In this document: positions 1-64,000 of the stretch, in pieces
How the letters are laid out: every line of letters begins with the position of its first letter
How positions within the stretch are numbered: position 1 is the first letter of the stretch
DNA from: an uncultured Acidobacteriota bacterium
Lineage (GTDB): Bacteria; Acidobacteriota; Thermoanaerobaculia; Multivoradales; UBA5704
Length of the DNA stretch: 64,000 nt
Assembly: GCA_963770895.1 (NCBI GenBank)
Contig: CAVYRF010000002.1
Span: forward strand, 4,064,001-4,128,000
Direction: 5' to 3'
The notes under the pieces: generated by a model
Told to the model about the DNA's origin: nothing
The model's input: the letters and a program-made list of their open reading frames with translations, nothing else
The model's database searches: none
Program-made: the position numbers and the translations under genes

Positions 1-1
1 C

Positions 2-35110
<35,109 letters not shown>

Positions 35111-37366
35111 CGCGGCGGCGCCGCCCGCTGCCGCCGGCGTGCCGCCGGACGGCGCCGCCTATGTGATCTACACCTCGGGCTCGACCGGCAGGCCCAAGGG
35201 GGTCGTGGTCAGCCATCGGGCGGCCTGCAGCCACATGGCGTGGATGTCGCGCGCCCTGGCCTGGAGCCGGCACGACCGGACGTTGCAGCGCACGTCGCCC
35301 AGCTTCGACGCCTCGGTGTGGGAGATCTGGATGCCGCTGCTGGCCGGGGGGCAGCTGGTGCTGCTGCCGCCGGGCGCCCAGGGCGACCCGTCGCTGCTGC
35401 TCGACGCCGTGGCCGCGCAGCAGGTCACGGTGCTGCAGATGGTGCCGTCGCTGCTGGGAGCTCTGCTGGAAGATCCGGCCGCCGTCGCCGCTGCGGCCGG
35501 GCTGCGCTGCCTGTGCTGCGGCGCCGAGGCGCTGCCCGCGGACCTGGTGCGGCGCTTCCACCGCTTCCTGGGCCGGCCGCACGGCGTCGCGCTGCACAAC
35601 CTGTACGGGCCCACCGAGGCGGCGATCGACGCCACCTGGTGGCCCTGCGGCGCCCAGTCTGGCGACTTGCGCGCCCGCACCCTGCCCATCGGCCGGCCGA
35701 TCGACGGCGCCGAAGCGGTGATCCTGGACGCCGGCGGCCGCCTGGTGCCTGCCGGCGTCGCCGGCGAGCTGCACCTGGGCGGCGCCTCGCTCGCGCGCGG
35801 CTACCTGGACCGCCCCGACCTGACCGCCGCGCGCTTCGTGCCGCACCCGTACGCCGCGCTGCCGGGCAGCCGCCTCTATCGCACCGGCGACCTGGGCCGC
35901 ATGCGGGCCGACGGGGTGATCGAATTCCTCGGCCGCACCGACAGCCAGGTCAAGCTGCGCGGCTTCCGCATCGAGCTGGGCGAGATCGAGGCGGCGTTGG
36001 TCGACCACCCCGGCATCGCCAGCGTCGCCGTCGTGCTGCGCGACGATCCGCCGGGCGGGCCGCGCCTGGTCGCCTACGTCGTGGCCGATACGGCGCTGGC
36101 GCCGGAGCCGCCGCCCACCGATGGCGAGCTGGCCGCCCACCTGCGCCAGCGGCTGCCCGAGCCGATGGTGCCGGCGGCGTTCGTGGCGCTGCCCGAGCTG
36201 CCGCTGACGCCCAACGGCAAGGTCGATCGCGGCCGCCTGCCGCGGCCGGCGGCGGGCGGTGCGGCGGCCGGCCAGACGGCGCCGCGCGATCACGTCGAGC
36301 TGCAGCTGGCAAAGATCTGGGGCGACCTGCTGGGCGTGGGGCCGATCGGACCGGCGGACAGCTTCTTTGCCCTGGGCGGCCACTCGCTGCTGGCCGTGCG
36401 CCTGATGAACCGCGTCGCCGCGGTCTTTGGCCAGCGCCTGCCGGTGTCGGCGCTGTTCGAGAGCCCGACGCTCGCGGCCCTGGCGGCGCGCCTGCGCCGC
36501 GGCGCCGCCGGGCCGCAGCGCCGCGACGCCCTGGTGCACCTGGCCGGCGACGGCACCGGCACGCCGCTCTTCGTGGTCCACCCGGTGGGCGGCAACGTCC
36601 TGTGCTACTGGCAGCTGGCCCACGCCGCGGGCGCCGACGCCCCGGTCTACGGGCTGCAGCTGCCCGACCTGGCGGCGCTGCCGGCGGGCGACGGGCTGGC
36701 GCCGGCCGTGGGCACCGTCGAGGCGCTGGCGGCGCACTACATCGCCGCCCTTTCCGCCATCCAGCCGCGCGGCCCCTACCGCCTGGCCGGCTGGTCGCTG
36801 GGCGGCGTCATCGCCTTCGAGATGGCGCGCCAGCTGGAGCATGCCGGCCAGCCGGTCGCCCTGCTGGCGCTGCTCGACAGCTATGCGCCGGCCGCGGCAC
36901 CCGGCGCCCGCCGGCCCACCGGCGCCGCCCTGGTGCGCCAGTTTGCCGCCGACCTCTGCGGCCTGCTGGGGCTGCCCGCCACCGCGCCGCCGTTCGACCT
37001 GCCCGCCGGCGAGGCCGCCGCCCTGCGCGCCCTGGACCGCTACGGCCGCGAGCAGGGCATCCTACCCGCCGACCTCGACAGCGCCTCGCTGCGGGAGATG
37101 TTCGCGCTCTTCAAGACCGGCGCCGCGGCGTTCGCCACCTACCGTCCCGCCCCCTACCACGGCGGCCCGGTCCTGCTGTTCACCGCCGAAGACACCGGCG
37201 CCGCCGCCGCCGACCCCACCCGCGGCTGGCAGGCGCTCGCACCGGCCGGCCTGGACGTGAGGCCGCTCGCCGGCAACCACTACGCCATGGTCAGGCAGCC
37301 CGCCATCGCCGCCATCGCCGCCGCCCTGCGCGCGCCGGCCATCCCGCGCATCACGCCGCCGGCCTG

Positions 37367-37393
37367 AGCGCCGCGCTCCAGGTCAGCGGCGCT
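37367..37393 (+). terminator. Possible GC hairpin immediately after the NRPS-1 stop (weak terminator candidate)
   Basis: AGCGCCGC (37367-37374) pairs with GCGGCGCT (37386-37393) around an 11-nt loop. There is no U-tract. Confidence 0.25.
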
Positions 37394-37432
37394 TGGAAGT
37401 CATCAGGCCGACCCGATAAGAGCCAACCCCGC

Positions 37433-37450
37433 TAGAATGAGCGTAGGAGG
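37433..37450 (+). promoter_or_regulatory. Putative -10 box (TAGAAT) and ribosome-binding site (AGGAGG) of the toxin-antitoxin operon
   Basis: TAGAAT at 37433-37438. AGGAGG at 37445-37450, 8 nt before GTG 37459. No convincing -35 box. Confidence 0.45.
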
Positions 37451-37458
37451 ATGCAACC

Positions 37459-37701
37459 GTGGTGCAGAACTCCCTCACTATCGACGAGCTCTACGAGCAA
37501 CAGGTCCGTACGCGTTCGCTGCGGGATCGTTTGCGGCTGGCGCAGCGCATCCTCGCCGAAGCCGCAGACGCCGCTCCAGCGAGCGATGAGCGTCAGCGCA
37601 GTCTGCTCGAACTGGAAGGATTGGGTGCTGAGCATTGGGGCTCGGCAGACGCGCAGGAGTACGTGGAGCGCCTGCGGCAAGAGTGGGACGGCGGCCATTG
37701 A
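37459..37701 (+). CDS. Putative antitoxin (80 aa) of a VapBC-like type II TA pair
   Basis: Strong RBS and small charged protein. The C-terminal SLLELEGLGAEHW..DAQEYVERLRQEW segment resembles small proteins found upstream of PIN toxins. Its TGA overlaps the toxin TTG start (TTGA). Confidence 0.75.
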   Translation: MVQNSLTIDELYEQQVRTRSLRDRLRLAQRILAEAADAAPASDERQRSLLELEGLGAEHWGSADAQEYVERLRQEWDGGH

Positions 37702-38138
37702 ACCTTGAGGCCTTTTCGGCGGTCACCAAGCTTGGCCTCGATACTGCGCCCCTGATCTATCTGGTCGAACGGCATCCAACCTTCGGCCCCCTCGTGCGCA
37801 CCCTCGTCGAGCGAGCAGAGGGCGGTGGCATCGAGTTCATCTCCTCAACGTTGACCCTCACCGAGGTGCTGAGCCTGCCGCTCGAACGGAACGACGAGGC
37901 CACGGTCAGCGCCTATCGCTCGATACTTCTCCATAGCCCCTATCTGCACCTGCGGCCCATCGACCTCGAATCCGCCGAGCGGGCGGCCCGTCTCCGAGCG
38001 ACTCATCGCTTGAAGACTCCCGACGCGCTCCAGGTTGCGGTGGCCAGCCAAGCCGGCTGTGAAGCCTTCCTGACCAACGACCGCTCCCTGCGCCGGGTGA
38101 CCGAGATCAAGGTCCTGGTGCTTGCAGATCTGATCTAG
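37698..38138 (+). CDS. vapC: PIN-domain VapC-family toxin (ribonuclease), about 146 aa
   Basis: LGLDTAPLIY, TLTEVL, LKTPDALQVA and FLTNDRSL carry the conserved PIN acidic residues. Start placed at TTG 37698, coupled to the antitoxin stop. Confidence 0.88.
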   Translation: MNLEAFSAVTKLGLDTAPLIYLVERHPTFGPLVRTLVERAEGGGIEFISSTLTLTEVLSLPLERNDEATVSAYRSILLHSPYLHLRPIDLESAERAARLRATHRLKTPDALQVAVASQAGCEAFLTNDRSLRRVTEIKVLVLADLI

Positions 38139-39305
38139 TGTAGTGCGCCCTAATTAGGAATCCTTATATGCGGTTCGTACGTATCGTCCTGTGGGAGGAT
38201 TGGGACGATGCGGATCGCACCGTTGGTTCTGGTTTCGCCGGAGGAAAGGCGGCAGTTGGAGGCCTATGCCCGAGGCCGCAGCACGCCGACGCGTCTGGTG
38301 CAGCGCGCGAAGATCGTCTTGCTGGCCGCCGAGGGCAAGGAGAATCGGGAAATTGCCGAAAGTCTTGGCATCATGCGGCATACCGTCGGACGTTGGCGGA
38401 GCCGCTTTTGCCAGTTCGGCCTGAGCGGGATCGAGAAAGACGCGCATCGAAGTGGGCGCCTGCCGAGCCTGTCCCAGGGCTTGCTACGGAAGATCGTGCG
38501 CAAGACAACGCAAGAGACGCCGCAGGACGGCACTCATTGGAGCACGCGGAGCATGGCCGAGGCGGTCGGGGTCAGCGCCTCGACGGTGCGCCGGGTCTGG
38601 CAGCGGCACGGCCTCAAGCCTCATCGGGTGCGGACCTTCAAGCTGAGCAACGATCGACGCTTTGTCGAGAAAATGGAAGATGTCATCGCGCTCTATCTCA
38701 ACCCGCCAGAGCACGCCCTCGTCTTGTGTGCCGATGAGAAGAGCCAGATCCAGGCTCTTGATCGGACTCAACCCGGCCTGCCGATGAAGAAGGGCCGCTG
38801 CGGCACGATGACGCACGACTACAAGCGCAATGGCACCACGACGTTATTCGCGGCCTTGAGTACGCTGGACGGTAAAGTCATCGGTAGCTGCATGCCGAGG
38901 CACCGCCACCAGGAGTGGTTGAAGTTCCTCAAACAAATCGATCGGGAGACACCCGCAGCCAAGCAAATCCACCTGATCGCCGACAACTATGGCACCCACA
39001 AGCACGCGGTCGTTCTACGCTGGATCGCTCGGCATCCGCGATTTCACCTTCATTTCACTCCGACCAGTGCCTCCTGGCTCAACATGGTCGAACGCTTCTT
39101 CCGACACCTGACCGAGAAGCAAATTTCCCGTGGAGTGTTCCGCAGTGTCGACCAGCTCGAATCCGCGATTCTGGGGGCGATCGAGCGGCACAACTCTGAT
39201 CCTAAACCCTACATCTGGACGGCTAAGGCTGCTGACATCCTCGAAAAGGTCAAGAGAGCACGTCTCAGACTGAATAAGGTCCCATCTGTGTGACGCACTA
39301 CACTA
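38136..39305 (+). mobile_element. Complete IS630-family insertion sequence (38138-39303, 1166 bp) with duplicated TA target
   Basis: Left end reads cTA|GTGTAGTGCGCCC..CCTTAT and right end reads ATAAGG..TGACGCACTACAC|TAg. The terminal 10 bp are a perfect inverted repeat within an imperfect IR of about 30 bp. TA at 38136-37 and 39304-05 sits in a CTAG target, typical of IS630. Confidence 0.92.
38208..39293 (+). CDS. IS630-family DDE transposase (361 aa), apparently intact
   Basis: N-terminal HTH region (THWSTRSMA), plus [45 protein letters not shown] and [16 protein letters not shown]. Confidence 0.96.
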   Translation: MRIAPLVLVSPEERRQLEAYARGRSTPTRLVQRAKIVLLAAEGKENREIAESLGIMRHTVGRWRSRFCQFGLSGIEKDAHRSGRLPSLSQGLLRKIVRKTTQETPQDGTHWSTRSMAEAVGVSASTVRRVWQRHGLKPHRVRTFKLSNDRRFVEKMEDVIALYLNPPEHALVLCADEKSQIQALDRTQPGLPMKKGRCGTMTHDYKRNGTTTLFAALSTLDGKVIGSCMPRHRHQEWLKFLKQIDRETPAAKQIHLIADNYGTHKHAVVLRWIARHPRFHLHFTPTSASWLNMVERFFRHLTEKQISRGVFRSVDQLESAILGAIERHNSDPKPYIWTAKAADILEKVKRARLRLNKVPSV

Positions 39306-39370
39306 GAAGAATCGTTTCGGCCTGCCGCCGGACCCCTGGCCGCTGTCGCTGAAAACGGCTGGCCGGCGGT

Positions 39371-41647
39371 TCAGGCGGGGGTGAGGCCGGATTGGGGGTC
39401 GCGGCGGGCGCGGCTGTCGGTGCGGTAGAGGCGGGCGCCGGGGTGCGGGCTCCAGGGATCAGGGAGGAAGCGCTCGGCGGTGAGGTCGGCGCGGCCCAGG
39501 TAGCCGCGGGCGACGCCGGCGCCGCCGACGAAGAGCTGGCCGACCTCGCCGGCGGCGACGGGCTGCAGGCTGCCGTCCAGGAGGTGGAGCTGGGCGTCGG
39601 CGGGGGCCAGGGCGGCGGCGGCCTGGGGGTCGCCGGCCAGGTGGCGGGCCAGCGCCGGGGCGCAGTGCAGGTGGGTGGTGGCGCGGCCGGCGAGCGCGGC
39701 TTGCAGGCTGGGGTGGGCGGCGGCGGGAGCATGGGCTGCGGTGGGCGGCGCGGGCGTAGTGCGGCGGCGCAGTTGGTCCAGGTTGCCCAGGGCGGCCAGC
39801 ACGTCGTCGGTCGGGGCGCCGAAGTCGATCAGGCAGGCGACCTCATCCACCTCCATGCGGCGCAGGCGTTCCAGGGTGCGGGCGCAGCTGTCGGGTGTGC
39901 CGATCAGGCCCGAGCCCTCGGCGACGTAGCGGTCGTAGGCGCGGCCGACCAGCAGGTCCAGTTGGGCGCCGGCCAGATCCTTGGGATCGCTGTCCAGGCC
40001 GACGCTGGCGGCCAGCGAGCGCAGCAGGCCGAAGGAGGTCTTGAGGTAGGCGCTGAGCGGTTCGCGCACCACGCGGTGCACTTCGTCCAGGGTGGCGCCG
40101 ACGTAGGTGTGGAGCATCACCGTCACGGTGCCGATGCCGGGGTGGCCGGCCTGGCGCCAAGCCTGGCGATAGACGCGGATCTTGCTTGCCACTTCGTCGG
40201 CTTCCTGGCCCAGCATGTGGGTCAGGACGCCGGCGCCGACCTCGCCGGCCAGGCGGAAGGTTTCGGGGTTGCCGGCGGCGGTGACCCAGACCGGCAGCTC
40301 GGGTTGCACCGGCCGCGGGAAGATGCGCACCGGCACCTGGTTGCCGGCGCCGCCGGGCAGGCTCAGGGCTTCGCCGCGCCACAGGCGGCGGACGGTTTCG
40401 ATGCCGCGCGTCATCACCTCCTGGCGGTCGGCGTAGGCGGCGGGATTGAGCACGAAGTCGTTGGCGTGCCAGCCCGAGGCGAACGACACGCCGACGCGGC
40501 CGCCCGACAGGTTGTCGACCAGCGACCACTCTTCGGCGACCAGCAGCGGGTTGTGCAGCGGCAGGACGACGCTGCCGGCGCGGATGAGCAGGCGCTCGGT
40601 CGACGCGGCGATGGCGGCGCTCATCACCGCCGGGCTGGGGTAGAGGCCGCCGAACTCGTGGAAGTGGCGCTCCGGCGTCCAGATGGCGTGGAAGCCATTG
40701 CGGTCGCCAAAGCGCGCCCCTTCGAGCACCAGGCGATAGTGGTCGGCGGTCTTGCCCGCGGTGTAGTTGCCAAAATAGAACAGGCTGAAGGCCAGCGGGC
40801 GGTCGGCGGGGCTGGCGGCGGCCGTGGCGGCAGCGGCGGTGGCCGTGGGGGAAGCGACGGTGGCGGCTCGTGCGCCCGGCGCATCGTGGGTCGTCGCGAC
40901 GGCCCGCGTGGCTGCGGGCTGGTCGCCGTCGAGCCGCAGCGGGCCTTCCCGCAACAGCGTCCACAGCATCTCGACGGGCTCCAGGTCGGGCGCGGATGGA
41001 CCTGTCGGCGCGCCGGCCATGCTTGCTTCGCCGGCGTCGCTGGCCGGGTTGGCGGCGCCGTGGTCGTCCGGGCGTCCGTCGCCGGCGGCCAGCAGGCCGG
41101 CGAGGGTGCTGTGGCTGACCATTATGCCGTGAGGGAGACCGGTTGCGCCGGAGCGGTAGAGCACCCAGGCAAGGCTGTCGCCGGTGACGGCCGGCGGGGG
41201 AGGCGCCGTCGGCGATGATGGCGAGGGGCTGGGCGCGCCGGCGGCGGCTGGCTCTGGATCGCCCAGCCACACGACCGGCACGCGGTGCGGCGGCAGGCGG
41301 CGTGCCAGCGACCGATGGAGGAGGATGGCCTTGGGACGGGCGGCGCCCAGGATCTGCGCCAGGCGTCCCGGCGGCTGGGTGGCATCCAGGCAGGCGCAGG
41401 CGCCGCCCGCTTTCAGCACGGCCAGGAGCGCCACCGGCAGATCCGGCGAGCGCGGTACCAGCACGGCGACGATCGCTTCGGCGCCCACGCCCAGCTGGCG
41501 CAGGCGGGCCGCCAGGTCGCCGGCATTGGCGTCCAGCTCCGCCCAGGTGAGCGAGCGGTCAGAGCCGGTGACGGCGACGTCGCCGGGCGCCGCCGCGACG
41601 CGGGCGGCCAGCAGGCTGACAAGGGTGCGATCGGGCTGTTCGCTCAT
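39371..41647 (-). CDS. Luciferase-like flavin monooxygenase (natural-product LLM, MupA/Atu3671-like) embedded in a degenerate A-domain shell; no C or T domain
   Basis: LLM core (about 40790-39765): [65 protein letters not shown] and [11 protein letters not shown]. Flanking A remnants: [38 protein letters not shown] and LYRTDS. Start taken as ATG 41647 (MSEQPD); ATG 41698 is an alternative. Confidence 0.9.
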   Translation of the reverse strand: MSEQPDRTLVSLLAARVAAAPGDVAVTGSDRSLTWAELDANAGDLAARLRQLGVGAEAIVAVLVPRSPDLPVALLAVLKAGGACACLDATQPPGRLAQILGAARPKAILLHRSLARRLPPHRVPVVWLGDPEPAAAGAPSPSPSSPTAPPPPAVTGDSLAWVLYRSGATGLPHGIMVSHSTLAGLLAAGDGRPDDHGAANPASDAGEASMAGAPTGPSAPDLEPVEMLWTLLREGPLRLDGDQPAATRAVATTHDAPGARAATVASPTATAAAATAAASPADRPLAFSLFYFGNYTAGKTADHYRLVLEGARFGDRNGFHAIWTPERHFHEFGGLYPSPAVMSAAIAASTERLLIRAGSVVLPLHNPLLVAEEWSLVDNLSGGRVGVSFASGWHANDFVLNPAAYADRQEVMTRGIETVRRLWRGEALSLPGGAGNQVPVRIFPRPVQPELPVWVTAAGNPETFRLAGEVGAGVLTHMLGQEADEVASKIRVYRQAWRQAGHPGIGTVTVMLHTYVGATLDEVHRVVREPLSAYLKTSFGLLRSLAASVGLDSDPKDLAGAQLDLLVGRAYDRYVAEGSGLIGTPDSCARTLERLRRMEVDEVACLIDFGAPTDDVLAALGNLDQLRRRTTPAPPTAAHAPAAAHPSLQAALAGRATTHLHCAPALARHLAGDPQAAAALAPADAQLHLLDGSLQPVAAGEVGQLFVGGAGVARGYLGRADLTAERFLPDPWSPHPGARLYRTDSRARRDPQSGLTPA

Positions 41648-41885
41648 CGGGCGTAGGGACTTGCGATCGGCGGCTGCGACGCCGGCAGACGATACCATGC
41701 CGGGCCCCCGGCTTGGACAGGTAAAGCCCTGCTTGCCAAGCATTTGGCGCGCTTCAGGGGAGGCCTGCCGGGAGCTTCCCAAGATCTGTCGCCCATCTAA
41801 GGAACGAAGTTGGTAAAGTGCTGGCGCCGGTGCCCGCCACCTCCGGCAGTCGTGCAACTGCGATCTCGCAGGAAGGAGATCCTCG
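41648..41885. promoter_or_regulatory. Divergent intergenic region between the LLM gene and NRPS-2, including the NRPS-2 RBS
   Basis: Lower-GC stretch between oppositely oriented starts. GGAAGGAG at 41871-41878 lies 7 nt before GTG 41886. No promoter boxes were identified with confidence. Confidence 0.55.

Positions 41886-64000
<22,115 letters not shown>

Noticed and set aside
37635-37697. Longer N-terminus for the PIN toxin as given in the ORF track
   Set aside because: It overlaps the antitoxin by 67 bp. The TTGA-coupled start at 37698 gives a normal PIN length with the first Asp about 15 residues in.
41700-41850. Possible sigma-54 promoter (TGGC motifs) in the divergent region
   Set aside because: No correctly spaced -12 TTGC element on either strand.
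41699-41857. N-terminal extension of the LLM ORF to 41857
   Set aside because: Low-GC, non-domain-like sequence that would fill the divergent promoter region. A-domain similarity begins at MSEQPD (41647).

Overview
Very high-GC window (about 75-78% by eye) that is almost entirely a non-ribosomal peptide synthetase (NRPS) locus. NRPS-1 (+ strand, 5' end outside the window, <2..37367) shows a partial module, 11 further modules and a thioesterase (TE), with one +1 frameshift at about 34640. Its predicted order is ?-X-Gly-Gly-Ser-Gly-(Val/Leu/Ile-like)-Ser-Ser-[A-less]-Pro-like-Gln-TE. A lower-GC 1.9 kb spacer follows, holding a VapBC-like (PIN) toxin-antitoxin pair and a complete IS630-family element inserted into the toxin's TAG stop codon. 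A minus-strand gene then encodes a luciferase-like flavin monooxygenase (LLM) inside a degenerate adenylation (A) domain shell. NRPS-2 (41886..>64000, missing from the ORF track because no stop is reached) reads ACP-Cstarter-A(Ser)-T-T-C-[A-less]-T-C-A(X)-T-C-A(Thr)-T-C-A(Ser)/O-MT-T-C-A(Asp)-T-TE. The best candidate for an undescribed system is the combination of (i) two differently eroded but in-frame A-less modules, (ii) tandem carrier domains, (iii) a stand-alone dead-A/LLM protein and (iv) an unusual A domain (xRYGPTE, Arg in the pocket) present in both assembly lines. Substrate codes were read by manual alignment to GrsA positions and are predictions. Domain boundaries are approximate, and no database search was possible.
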